Source: Octopus bimaculoides (lineage: Eukaryota). Taken from it: a stretch of DNA of 64,000 nt. How positions within the stretch are numbered: position 1 is the first letter of the stretch; the number at the start of each line of letters is the position of its first letter. The notes beneath the pieces were generated by a model, which made no database searches, was not told the origin of the DNA, and saw only the letters and a list, made by a program, of their open reading frames with translations. Location: contig NC_068993.1 in the NCBI RefSeq assembly GCF_001194135.2, positions 3,794,894-3,858,893 on the forward strand, given 5' to 3'. The position numbers were made by a program, and so were the translations under genes. Shown here one piece after another: positions 26,031-40,129 of the stretch.

Positions 26031-27398
26031 ATCAATGATAAATATATAAATACAAAATGAATTAAACTGAGGATGTGATAAGCATCGTACCTAGTGACCC
26101 AGTTGCCGACAAATATCATAACTATCTTTAATTATGACACATGTCTGGACGAGTTACTCGTAAAAGAGAATAATAAATATTGCAATTTTTCACAAGCTTC
26201 TAATCTGTCGCTGTTAAAACGTAATTCCGAACAGTTTACTCTATTTGTGAAAATAAAGTTGTTTTCCAGTAGAAATGAAAATTATATTTCCGCTCTTTTA
26301 GAATATATATACATATATATGCATATATTTCATGAATGTAAATTAATTTATTATCATTTAAAAGAAATTATTAACATGATCAAAAATGTTAAATTAATTC
26401 ATATCCATGAAATATCTCCATTTTTTACTTAATGATATTTGATATTTATAATATACCTATTTTTATATTGAAGTGATATATATATATAGCAACAAAAAAA
26501 AAATACTTCTGTCTAAAATTGTAAGCATTTTACCTTTTGAACGTTGAAATTAAATTTGCGCGAGGTCCGGAAAATTAAATCGGGGTCGTGAATTTTCAAA
26601 ATCGCTTTAATATTTTCTGAATATTTGTACATCATCGTGGGGTTATAGGGTTACAGACATATAGACGCGATTGTAAAACTTATATTTCATATAAGATAGC
26701 TAAAGGGAAGAAACTCGAGAATTTACAAATCTTAGTAACCATATAAAGTACATTTCTAGAGCCTCTGTTTATACATACTTTCGCAAGTAATTGACTTAGT
26801 ATTTTTCAAGTCATAAAAATCTAAATGCAATTAAATTATATTTTACACAGAATCACGCGCGCGCGCACACACACACACAAACATATATACGCGTATGTGT
26901 ACACACGCATAAATATACACAGACATACGCACACCTGTGTGTGTGTAATTCCATCAACGTGTTAGTAAAGCATCGATGTCTAGTGGTAAGGGGACTGTGC
27001 TCAATGTAGGGCAGCCCTTGGTACGCATTTTACTTTTAAATCAAGCAGTTGCCATCTAGCCAACTGAAAATTCATCATGCTGCAGCCTACGACAAATGAT
27101 AGTCTCTGAAGTAATATCATTAACCAAATTAACATTTGTTTCCGAAGAAGATAATCGAATCGTGAATCTTAACGAATCTGATGAAAAGATATAAAAGATT
27201 ATTTTTAATTTGGCAACTTACAACCTCCTCGGACTCTATTTAATTGTTTTTTTCCTTGGGTATTAGTGTAGTTTGAAATACTTCAAGATATTTCCAGTGA
27301 AACCAGTGGCAAACTAAGGCAAACATTCAGAAAGAAAGATTGAAATGACGGTAACGACATATTTTTGATCGTTTTTGGTTGTAATATCTAACACTCAC

Positions 27399-27505
27399 AT
27401 TTCGCGTCTTTTACTTGTTGATAGTTCTGGAGGTTCCAGAAAAGACGTATGCCAATCGGAATCGTCTCTGGTATTTGGAAGCATGCTTGGGTCGAGTATA
27501 TATTC
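27399..27505 (-). CDS. Candidate internal exon, unknown protein
   Basis: Acceptor ttttagttttgtacatgcagcag| (NAGNAG) and donor AAAT|gtgagt. 107 nt, open in two frames (NIYSTQACFQIPETIPIGIRLFWNLQNYQQVKDAK or EYILDPSMLPNTRDDSDWHTSFLEPPELSTSKRRE). No homology recognised. Confidence 0.35.
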
Positions 27506-27854
27506 CTGCTGCATGTACAAAACTAAAAGCAATGTTCTGTGTAACTTGTGCCCCGCTTCATTCAATTGTCTGTATTTCATATTTTATTCACGTGCATTGT
27601 GTTTGCAGCTGTAACGAAAATGGCAAAGAGGTAAACATATTTCGAAACTGGTATCACTTGTTGTAATGAAGCACTTCAAGTGTCCACGTACATGTGTGAC
27701 GCTTCGTCTGTATATTTCTTGATTTTTGACAATTCATGATGATTTCAGAATTTCCGACAAAGACTCCCAATTCTCTAGAAGCTGGTGTTATGGTCATGAA
27801 GACAGTTATGGGCCATTCTTCATTTTAAAATCAAGTAATGCAAATTATATTTAC

Positions 27855-27987
27855 CATGTGACTACTGAGTCAAAATGTCCGTTGTTGGGATGATTTTCTG
27901 CTTTCTCTGGGGATGGTGGGGGTGAGGAAATACTAGATTCTGATGTTGAGAATAAATTTGGGAATATTATGTTTCTATGAAGTGAAT
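27855..27987 (-). CDS. Candidate internal exon, unknown protein
   Basis: Acceptor ttattatttcag| and donor ATG|gtaaat. 133 nt, only one open frame (phase 1 to 2): SLHRNIIFPNLFSTSESSISSPPPSPEKAENHPNNGHFDSVVT. Phase-compatible with 27399-27505. Confidence 0.35.
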
Positions 27988-30686
27988 CTGAAATAATAAC
28001 TCATTTGTTCGTTACTCTTTGTTTAGTGAAAAATTCACCAACCGATCAATATTATTTCTTAACAATGCTGATGTTAACTCTATAAACAAAGAAATTGCCA
28101 ACATATTTCACACTGAAAATGGTAACTTGCAATACTCTTGATATCTGATGGTGAAAGCAATTTGTAAAAATGTTCCACTAGACTTACTAAACAACTGCAA
28201 AATTGATGGAATATCCACAGTAAATATTTACACTGAAAGGGGGGGATATGTTGAAAAGGGGGGATAGAACTACTGTTATTTGCAAGGAAACAAGAAATTC
28301 AAATAATTTGTGAACAAGATGGTGAGTGAAGATGTGAAAGATGTAGTAGAAGGTGAAACTCGCGGGAAACATACTGTCCTGAGAATTTAACCAACATTTC
28401 GTTACCTGTTTACTACTATTAATATTTACACAATTAAGCGTGCAATATCAGTGGATTTCGTGATATGAGTAAATAAATTCATAATCAATCGTTGTATGAA
28501 ATATATTTGTTTTTCCAAAGTGATTTATTTGTAAGTACACAAAAGTGTTTTCACACACACAAACTACGCAGTGAATTTCCCTGTACAGCGAAAGACTTCT
28601 GACATTGTCTACACTGGAGGTTTTCAAGTGTGAAAACTTGCTTAACTTTTTATACGAATCCAATTCTTAATTTGAATCAATGTAGGCACTAAAGACTTTC
28701 TGTGTATATTTTTTTATATAATTTTTTTTTCTGTTGCTTATGATAATGAACCTTTAATCTTCAGCAGCAAAAATGCTGCCACAAGCGAGAATGAAACACA
28801 TGTTTATGTATATACATACAATTATACATACATACATACAAATATATAAATAAATAAATATATATATATATACACATACATATATACATACAAATATATA
28901 TACATACATACATATACATATATACATATATATATATATATACATGTATATGTGTATGTGCGTGTGTATCTGTGTGAGTGCGTGTGTGTATATGTGTTTG
29001 TGTGTGTGTGTGTTGCCTTTTTCTTTCGTTCCTATAACACACTTGCTAGTTCATTCTGGTTATGTGCTTCTAAAACTGTTTCGACAAACACAAGTAACAG
29101 AGCTCCAGAGATTATGTTATTAGATATATTTATGTGGCAGTTTTGTTCTTGTTAATGGTGAGATAACTTGAAATCAGTTTTCCAGATAACTTGAGTATTG
29201 CAACGTACATTGATGTATATGTTTTATATAAATGTATGCATCCATGTATACGTCCATGTATAATATATCTGCGTATGTGTATATGCGTGTGTGCGTGTTC
29301 ATGTGTGTGTATGCGTATGCATACATGTGCATGTATAAGATTACGCTTTCTTTTTCTTATCTATTTATTTATACGTAATCAAAAGCATACGCACATATAC
29401 CCATACATTTCGTTGTATATAATTGCATTGTAAATACTTCTATGCACACCTTGGCACACAGTCAAATGCACACATGGCTATATGTGTGTGTGTGTTTTTA
29501 GTCTATGTATAGGGAGAGAAATATAAAAGGGAGAGCGAGCTATTCAGAGACACATATGCATACACATACATCGCTGTATGTGTATGTGTGCATATACGCT
29601 TGCATGTATTTGCATATATTTGATTGTATATTTGCAAATCCGTTAGTGTACACGCATCCTTAAAGACTCATACTGAAATATACCCACACACATATATATG
29701 TGCACATACATCTCATTACTGAATTAACTCCTGTTCAGAATAGATATTTTCGGTTCTGTAGTCTGACAGAGTTTGCATAAACCGATGTGATATCTTTTAA
29801 CAGAGGGAAAGTGAGACTGATAGATAGACAAAGAGAATGGGGAGAAATCAATTTAATGTCAATAGCAAAAACAGGAAGCCTTGTGGGAGTCGATGACTCA
29901 GAAGTCTGCTGCTTACAATACCGACCAGTCATTGTCATTTTAAATAATAACCAATGCTTTATCTGCTGCTGTGGAGGTATTTTTGGCAGCAGTACGCAAC
30001 TTACCAATGAAAAACTCACTGAAGCTGAAATGCAAATTACATATTTACACTTCATTAGAAATCAAAGTCTGATGTTTCCAAAATGAATAAACTTGGCATC
30101 GGTTCTTAATATTTGCCGTCATTGAGGTAAGTAGTTTAGGGCAGCCCTCTTCAAATTGATGTTTTATTTTTTTTTTTGTTTTTTGTTATCTTTGTAACTT
30201 TTGTTTTTCACTGATTAGACCATAGAATAATTTGTATAGTGTTTATTCTATCTTTTATTGTTTTTTCCCCCCTTTTCTTTTGGTTAAAAGGAAAAGTCTG
30301 TTTTATCCAAAATGCTAATAGTTTCATAGCAACAGGATGAACACGTGTTCGATGCTGAACAAAGTTTTGCATAAAAGTTAGTTACGTCAACAATCTTCTC
30401 ACATTTTCTCTAACAACGTGTAGCGCAACAGACCATCAAGCTATACTTACGTGTAATGGATTCAAATATTGGTAGCGGCTTCGGAATGTCTGGAAATTGG
30501 GTTGTTCTATAAATAGAGGAAACTTCGGCTAGTACTGGAACAATGTTATTGAGATTAAGACTACGTAGGATTATTGCACTTAACAATTGATCATCACCTT
30601 CAGCCTGGCTTAATTAATTAGTGCAAGGAAACTAAAATAGGCCGTCTTTAAAAGTGAAATATCTTCATTCACTAAAGTTTACTTTT

Positions 30687-30690
<4 letters not shown>

Positions 30691-30756
<66 letters not shown>
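30691..30756. repeat. (GT)n microsatellite
   Basis: Pure GT run. Confidence 0.95.
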
Positions 30757-30759
<3 letters not shown>

Positions 30760-31832
30760 AACAGTATACTATATATAGTAATTATATAGTGATGACAAAT
30801 AGATATAAATTGTTGCAGAGTGTACTAGTGTCACAAATTGGATTTCAAAGGCGTTAGGATGCACCGTAAAAATTTCATGGATTGATGATAAAAATACCGA
30901 CAAGTGATGATGTTGTTATCAGTTCAAATCTTAATATACTGTTATACAATCATTAATATACTGTTATAGGTGAGTAAAGTGCATATAAGTTGTTTCTGCC
31001 AGTTTTAATCCTCGGATAAATTTGCTACACTTCCATCAATTATAAGTAGTGGGACGTGTAGCAAGTCATACATGGCCGTAGTCCAGTACAATAGTAAAAA
31101 AGAAATAATGTTTGATATTGTAACATTATGATTGACAATGAAATATCGATCTTGAGATTTCAGTTTCGAAGTAAGTACTAACCATCTGAAAATAAAACTT
31201 TAAGCGTGTTAAATTCTTGGATTGGGAATAATTCTTAAATATTAGCCCTCATAAATGTTGAAGCGTGGTGGTGCTTGTGTTGTGCTGATAACATGAGAAA
31301 TGTGATCGTCAATCTTCAGTTAGGATTTAGAATTATGGATATTACATATCATAGCGTTATTGATATTACATATTCATGATAAATTATTTTAAATGAGAAT
31401 TTAGAAAATCATCCCCAATTGTCAAATATTTCCTCAAACTTTCTTAATCTTTTCCCTCTAAATCAGTCTACGCTCGTGTCTGGTTTATGAAATAAAACCA
31501 CGTGCATTAATGTGTTCCATATATAAGTTAAAACTTCGCTTAATTTATTCAATATATTCGCGTTAAGTCAGGTTCCAAATACCAGCTTAATATACTAATT
31601 AACAAAATAATCTGAGTGGAATTACCATGTGCACATCTCTATTCTATGGCCACTAAGAATAGAGGATTTAGGGAGATAATTACTTATAATTTTACTTCCA
31701 ATTCTGGATTACATTTTAGATTCATTCAAATACATATGCAGTAACTGTAGTTACAAAAGAGTCCCTACACCTGATCTATAATTCTTTTCTAGGATTGGAA
31801 TATGGAACAATGTCTTTCAAAATTCTCCACAT

Positions 31833-32213
31833 GCACAGGCGTGGCTGTGTGGTAAGAATTTTCCTTTCCAAGCTCGTGATTCCGGGTGCAGTGCCACTGC
31901 GTGGTAGCTTGGGCGAGTATCCCCTACAGTAGCATTAGGCCGATCAAAACCTTGTGAATGGATTTGATAGACGGAAACTGAAAGACGCCCGCCATATTTA
32001 TGGTCTGTGTGTCTGAATTCGTCTCCCAGTACCGCTTCATAACCGAAGTTGATGTGTTCACGTCCCTGTAATCTGGTGGTTCGGTAAAAGGGTCCGATAG
32101 TATAAGTACCAGGCTTTAACAATTTGTTGGGATCGATTCGTTCGACTAATACCGTTTTAGGCTGGTCCCCCAACATGGCCTTTATCTAATGACTCAACCG
32201 AGTAAAAGATAAA
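31833..32213 (+). mobile_element. SINE family B, full-length diverged copy
   Basis: gcacaggcgtggctgtgtggtaag...ccgggtgcagtgccactgcgtggtagcttgggcgag... through to catggcc...gagtaaaagataaa. The 5' half aligns with 12671-12832. Confidence 0.85.
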
Positions 32214-32749
32214 CATGCTTCCAGTGCATGAGTGCAAAGAACTATCCTCTAGGCAATCGCCTGGCACGCTAGAAATAAGCCCCATAAAATGAAAGATTTT
32301 GTTGTGTATATTGGAATAAGTTATGAATAATGGAATATCTTATTGGTCAGATACATAAAAATATGATATGGTTATAGCCAATACGCCTTCTTCATTCGAC
32401 ATGATTGGAAACTGGCTTGGTTTTTTGTTAAGCAACAACAAACACATTGCGATGATTTGCGTTTTTATTCATTACACGATCCATTAGTTTCGACCATGAA
32501 TATGTTAATCACAGTTTTGTGCCTTCAGAGGAAAAATGCTTCACCTCTACGAAGAATTGTATTCGTAACACACACGATTCATACCAGGTAAGAAATTTAG
32601 ATGTGTTATTCCTCTATTCAAATTAGCTGCATAATGGCAGTAAACAACGCACAGGTTCCAGTCAAGGTATTCAGAAAATAAAATGCTCTCATTGCAGTTT
32701 GGAAGGATCAAATCAGCCATTCAAAAGCACATAAAGACAGTTACCTTCC

Positions 32750-32960
32750 CTTACACAATTCCACTGCATCTCAGCGACGCAATGGATCATATCAATGTCC
32801 AGGACGGAAATTGTGACACCAAATAAATGTTAAAGCAAAGTAACGTTTTGTGTGTTTTTTAGTGAGTGTCTAATAAGTGTTTTCCACGCTGCAATTGTTT
32901 TAGTCTCAAAATTCAGATCAAATCATTGACCTGGAAGTACACTTCCGATAATATAGAATA
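32750..32960 (+). repeat. Dispersed repeat, unclassified (homologous to 25810-26030)
   Basis: Shares the blocks listed for 25810-26030. Confidence 0.55.
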
Positions 32961-33420
32961 TGTGTTTCAAAAATTGATACAAGCGTTAAAAAGAATTCTA
33001 AACAATGACAAAACAGTATAGTTTATTTTTCGTTATGTTTTTGCTTTCTTTTGCTGAAGGCGTTGTTAAATATTGAACACTGTCAATGGAACTTACATAT
33101 TTATGTAAGTAATATTCTTAATACCGTTAAACAGGCGAACGAAATTGAACAATTTCTTTTATACCGCCATAGGTTTAAAATGTTGGGTCATAATAAAACG
33201 ATAGCAATAGATTTTAAGATCTTTTCTTCCAAGTCCATAATGAAAAATTATTCTCACTTGAATAGAATGAATGCTTTAGTTCATGACTCATTACTGCAGG
33301 AAACCTGAGATAGATTAAGCTCAGTAATCCATTAAAATATTCTATGTACACGCTGCTCACTACATTGAACAAACGTACCTCTTGTTTCTATGTATGTATG
33401 TATGTATGTATGCATGTATG

Positions 33421-33464
<44 letters not shown>

Positions 33465-33474
33465 NNNNNNNNNN

Positions 33475-33533
<59 letters not shown>

Positions 33534-33928
33534 GTGCATGTGTATCTCTCAAATTTACATATTTTATACTCACACACAAACACACATACACAGATGTATG
33601 TATGTATGTGCATATGTTGCGTAGGAGCCAAGGTAAACGCTTAAAACATGGGGCGACAGACAAGAGCTACTTCAACAGATTTTCAAATTGATAAAGTGGG
33701 ATCCAGAAAAAGAGATGCAAAAACTAGGAGAAACGAAAGAGAATGTAACAGAGAAAAGATATTGTCTGTAGTAAATACATTTTTTTCTAATTAGAGAAAA
33801 AAAACCCGTGTCATTGATGATAGTGAGATGTTTCCTGGAGATGATGTATGGTGGCATAATTATACCAATTAAAAGCTATACAAGAATAAAGCAAAGTTGA
33901 AGACTTTTTTAAAAAATCAATACAGTTT

Positions 33929-34292
<364 letters not shown>

Positions 34293-35307
34293 GTCAGCAT
34301 GAGGAAAACAAGGGAAATAAGTTAGAAATTAAAATGTAAGGAAATAAAACTATTTCTCATTAAAAAAAAATTATAATGAAAGTTATGTTCCGCTCCGCAC
34401 AATTTTCACCCCACCCAAAAACATAAAAAAAACTTTTAGTGTTAATTATCACAATAATCATTTAAAAAAAAATAATAAATTTCATTGTATATTTAAATGG
34501 ACACGATTTCAAAAAAATTATTTTCTCTAATAAACCATTTTAAAATTTTCGTTAATGTATAGTTCAAGTAAAAAAGAAAGAAATCAAATTATGTGTGTGT
34601 GTTTGTACATGTGTGCCTGTCTGTCTTTCTCCTTTTATATATGTGTGAGTTTACACATACAGAGGTGTATATGCATGTATATAAATGTCCATATCCCCCT
34701 ATACATTTGTATCTATTCATACACACTCATGCACATACATACATATATATATACACACGAACATACATGCACGCACACACACATATGTATTGTTCTTTCT
34801 AACAATAATGAATTAATGATTGCTTTGATTGGAATCTTTCCAATGGCAAATAACATATTGAAAAANNNNNNNNNNNNNNNNNATATATATATATATATAT
34901 ATAAACATATATATATTTCTACGTATATATGTATCAATATATATATGTTCATCCATAAATGTATAGATACACACATATATATATACACACGAACATACAT
35001 GCACGCACACACACATATGTATTGTTCTTTCTAACAATAATGAATTAATGATTGCTTTGATTGGAATCTTTCCAATGGCAAATAACATATTGAAAAAAAA
35101 AACTAAAATATATATGATCATTATAATTGTAATTACAATTATATTCTCTTCTTTTTACTTTCGAACATTTTTGAAAAGTTATAGACGTAATGATAATAAT
35201 CACAATAGAAATGTCTAGTTGAAACACATGCGAAGATCTAGCAGCAGACAAAGCACTGATCGTTGCAGTGAAATTTGACACTTGTGCTACTAATTGTAAT
35301 AATAATA

Positions 35308-35342
<35 letters not shown>

Positions 35343-35344
35343 CC

Positions 35345-35551
35345 TTTCTACTCTAGGCACAAGGCTTGAAATTTACGGGGAGGTGGGAATATTCGGTTAT
35401 AACGTCCCCTGGGCGTATCTGGTATTTATTTCATCCAAGCAGTAAGGGTGAAAGGCAAAGTCAACCTCGCCGGAATTTGAACTCAGAACGTAAAGTGGGA
35501 CGAAACGTTGCTAAGCATTTTAACCGGCGTGCTGACAATTTTTCCACCTCG
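35345..35551 (-). mobile_element. SINE family A copy
   Basis: tttctactctaggcacaaggc...gtgaaaggcaaagtcaacctcgccggaatttgaactcagaacgtaaag is the reverse complement of the family A body. Confidence 0.85.
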
Positions 35552-35569
35552 AAACATAATAATAAAAAT

Positions 35570-35773
35570 GGTGTCAAAGGTTGGGACAAAGCCACTAATT
35601 TCGAGGAAGTGTATAAGTCGATCTCATCGATCACAGTGCTCAACTGGCGTTTATTTTATGCTCTCAGAAAAGACAAGGTGGACCAAGGCAGAATTTCAAA
35701 TCGGAACATAAAGACGGATGAAATATCCTTAAGCATTTTTGCGCCGTACTAACGATTCTGCCAGCTCACCGCC
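35570..35773 (-). mobile_element. SINE family A copy (older), tandem with the previous one
   Basis: Ends in ctaacgattctgccagctcaccgcc, the reverse complement of GGCGGTGAGCTGGCAGAATCGTTAG; body more diverged. Confidence 0.8.

Positions 35774-35774
<1 letters not shown>

Positions 35775-35850
<76 letters not shown>
35775..35850. repeat. (AAT)n microsatellite
   Basis: Pure AAT run adjacent to the SINE head. Confidence 0.95.
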
Positions 35851-35852
<2 letters not shown>

Positions 35853-36502
35853 TAACAATGATAATGGTGATTATATAAATACAGGAAAATATTCTTTCTC
35901 CGCCATTTTTCCTTCGTTTTTCTCTCCATTCTTTCTCTTTTCTGGCCTTTATTAATAACACATTTGTTCAAACTTGTCCCTCTGGCTTCGTGGTTTTCTA
36001 TTTTCTTTTTTACTCATTACATCATGAAAAATTTTCATGAAGCCCTGTTCACACTCTGTTTAACTCTTCTCTATACTGCATCTAACACCCGAAGACTACC
36101 TATCCTTCTATTCTTTCCTATTGTTTTTTATTTCCCTTTCACTTCTCCTCTGACTCCTCTCTCCTTTCTTCACACCCATTATGCCTAATAGCCACCTCCC
36201 CATATAACTGCCCTATCAGCAGGACCCTCGAACTTTTTATCCAGTACCTTTTTCAGTTTTCTGTTACTCATTTTCTTCTTTTCTTTGTTTGCTTTTTTCT
36301 AATGAAGGACTAGAGCTAGAAACATGGCTGACTCTTTTTCCTCCTCTGAAGCGTTATACTAATAACACCAATGTTTAAACTCGTCCCTAACATTTTATTC
36401 TTTCTTATCTTTTGTCATTACGCATATATATGTATAGATACATTTCTCTCTCTCTCTTTCATTCTTTATTTCTTTCTCTCTTTCTTTCTTTCTTTCTTTC
36501 TT

Positions 36503-36533
<31 letters not shown>

Positions 36534-37418
36534 CTCACTTTATATATATGTATATATGTGTGTGTATCTATATATATATGAGTATAAGTGTAAATGTATG
36601 AATGTATTTTCACTCACACATACATATATGTAGGTTTGTATAAATATATATGTGTCGCTGCGTATGTTTGCGTGTGTGTGCATGTGTGTGCCTGTGTGTG
36701 CCTGTGTGTGCATAGTGTTTGAATTCGTAATGATCTTAGAAGGGTCGATTGTTTAGTTTACTGATGACGATGGTGATTATTATTATAATGCTACTGATGT
36801 TTTCGGGTAGACAGGCAACGAATTTCAAAATCAATAACCTATCTAGTATTGTTTTTGTTGAAACAAGCCTATTAGATGGCCGTCATTATTTGATAATGTA
36901 ATCAATACAAACAACAATGACAAAACTCTAAACAATATTCCTATGAAAAACAGAACACAGAACACAGAAACCCCATTACTAAACCGACAACAACTCCATC
37001 ATAATCCTAACTACCATCGCCGCTGTTCTAACTCAAAACTAACAGTATCAACAGCTCCTCTCCAGTAACTGTGAGTCATCATATCATAACGGTGATATGG
37101 TCAATTACCCCCACGTCTCTCCATGTAAACCACACGCAGTCACATACAGAGATATACAATCCGGACTCTTGAATTGCTTGTGTCAGTTGCTGTCTATAGT
37201 ACAGAACAAAATAAACATCCTTGGTCAACCAGTTAAGACAATTAAATGCCTTATGTAAAGAAACAGACTCGTTTCAGATGTCTGCATTTACATCGGCAAT
37301 ATTTTGCAGGGACATCTGAACTAATATAAATAAACGAAATAATATAACTAAAAGGATATGTGCATATACATGTACATAAACACGCACACACACACAAACA
37401 CAAACACAAACATACCCA

Positions 37419-37475
<57 letters not shown>

Positions 37476-37679
37476 GGTGCACGCGTGGGTATATGAGCGT
37501 GCGTTTTCGAAAGTAAGAGTATGCCGACATAGATCCACCATCACACGCGTATATCTGCAACTGTCTGTTTATCTCTTTATCTGTTTCTCTCACAATGTAT
37601 ACGTGCATGATTGACACACACACACACACATATATACACCATACATACATATATGTGTGTGTGCGCGCACGCGTTTGTA

Positions 37680-37681
37680 TG

Positions 37682-37762
<81 letters not shown>
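37680..37762. repeat. (TA)n microsatellite
   Basis: Long pure TA run. Confidence 0.95.
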
Positions 37763-37764
<2 letters not shown>

Positions 37765-38271
37765 ATGTGTGTATAAACATTTCAATATGATTAATATAGA
37801 AGAACAAAAATAGCATATACACGTGTGTGTATGTATATGTGTTTCTGTGAGTGTGCACAAGTAGATAACTATGTATGTATGTGTATATATGTGCGTATGT
37901 GCATGTACGTGGGGGTATGTTTGTGTGTATGTGTACGTTGGCCTCTTCGCTTAGACGGCAACGAGGCATCACTCGAAAGTTAAAGCGATACAAAGTGCAC
38001 TGTGGTCAGCGATTGATAACAACATCCAGCAGACTGATCGTTCACGTTATTACGTGGTATATGTACATACACACACACACAGATACATTTATATGTATAC
38101 ATGTATGTATAAATATATATATATATATTAAATATAAAAGAGAAGGCCCTGAAATAAGGATTCCACGCTTTAATACCTATTTTTTAACCTTAATTCTTTA
38201 ACCTCATATATATGTTTGTGTATGTGTGTGTGTGTGTGTGTGTGTGTATACATATATATGTTTGTATATAA

Positions 38272-38319
<48 letters not shown>

Positions 38320-39176
38320 TTATATGTTTGTGTATATAACATGCATTTCCAATGGCCTATAATAGTTTATATAAAAGGAGGGTCATTGGCAACCTCTGTA
38401 TGTAGAAGAAATAATCATCTTCGTGCACATTATTCTGCGACAGCCTTTCACTTCAGCGTCCTATCGTCTTCTCTCTACACTGTAGTTTTTCTGAGGAGAC
38501 TGTGCTTCATAGAACTTTTATAGATAATGGAAAAGTGGTTACAACGGGATGTGATATGCTGATCTCTGAACTATCAGTTGATTCTCTAGTAATCTGCGAT
38601 TAGAACAAATATTTGATTTCGAATTATCATGTTGTCTTAGAGTTGTTGGTGCCTAGTACCAGGTCAGCTCTGATATAACAAGCTGAAGATCAAAAGCATT
38701 TCAGAAACGACCGCTATGCATTAAAGTTTCCAGTTGATATATTGTAATTTGAAAGATTTCACCACATTCAAGCTTCTCTCCTACACTTATTTTTATCTTG
38801 TCTCAGAATACTTACGGAGTTGTATCTTCATTCTCAAGCGACTATATATAAATATATATATATAGGTGTGTATGCGCTTGACCATATATATATGTGCGTA
38901 TGTGTATGTGTGGAGTGCATGCATATACATACTAAAGAATACATATGGCTTGCGGTAATATTATTATTTCGTAACTTGATTATTCGTTGTAAGATTCTGG
39001 TAAGTACTTCAGGCGATAATCTCAGCCAGAAGTCGTTACTTAAAAAATATTCTCAGGTGTTTCGTTATCTCTGCAACGATTGCAGAATGTGCAAGGGAAA
39101 TACAGGAATTAAAACATCACGTGAAGATTATGCTATAGTATCATTATAGATTATCATATGTCATCCTCAGGTCACA

Positions 39177-39303
39177 TGGCGTAGTGGTTAGGGTGTTGCA
39201 GTCCCGATCGCGACATCGTGATTTCAATTTCTAGACCGGGTGGTCAGTGGTGTTCTTGAGCAAAACACTTCATCTCATTTTGCTCTGCAATCACCTCGAC
39301 ACT
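39177..39303 (+). mobile_element. tRNA-related SINE family C
   Basis: A-box TGGCGTAGTGG, degenerate B-box, and central block GTGTTCTTGAGCAAAACACTTCAT shared with 45938 (+) and 52840 (-). Confidence 0.75.
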
Positions 39304-40129
39304 TCAAATTCGTCTTTATGCTTCTATTTGTCTATATGATTGTATATGTATACATAAGTGAGTGTACAACAGGGTATATAGTTTTTCCAATTACATATTA
39401 GTCACATATTAACATGTAAATTGAACACCTATGGCATTAACGTTTCATCTCAATACTTTATATTTTTCCATAATATCTAGAGACAAATAACAAAAGCAAT
39501 AGTAATAATTAAAATAATAGCAGCAGCAGTAGAAGCAGCAGTAGTAGCAGTAGTAGTAGTAGTAGTAGTAATAGTTGTATCTATTTAGTACAATAAGATA
39601 ACTTCAATTATATTAAATGCTAATTAAATCAAGAAATAAAACATTAACAATGTTGACCTCTAAAGATATGATGACCTTCTGGTTTTTATTTCCTCATTAT
39701 TACTACAGTAATTCATGCATCAAATTAAATTGCTTGAACCATTAAAAAGACTATCATCTCATATTGAAGAGACGTGAAATTATCTGCAGACTTGCATAAC
39801 TCAGATAATTACATTTGTTCTCGGCAAAAGAAACATCTTCTCCAATTCGTAATAAACATGTATTTATTCTTTTCTACAACGTAGTGTTAACATCTATAGA
39901 TTCTTCTAATTTTCTCATAATGATTTTGTTGAGGATTAACACAGTTATTTAGAGGAATCGCATGAACCACACAAAACTCACTGCAGACCTGTGAGGCTGA
40001 GTAATGAGAACACTGGGATTTATGATATTGTCGGACAGGTTATTCAGGTTTTGTCTGCTCGCCGATGTTGAGACAGGTATAGGCTGTTCAAAAAGTCTCT
40101 CCGCAGTGAATCCTTTTTTTTTTCATCCT

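Noticed and set aside
28050-28240. C2H2 zinc-finger-like FQCKY / FQCEIC peptides (minus)
   Set aside because: Phe/Leu/His spacing does not fit C2H2, and stops interrupt the frame.
31022-31064. Hairpin TTGCTACAC...GTGTAGCAA as a pre-miRNA
   Set aside because: Only 9 perfect pairs over about 43 nt; too short and imperfect.
31817-32176. 119-aa minus ORF
   Set aside because: Lies entirely antisense within a SINE family B copy.
39177-39250. tRNA gene
   Set aside because: The A-box is present, but the cloverleaf cannot be completed and the sequence continues into a SINE body.
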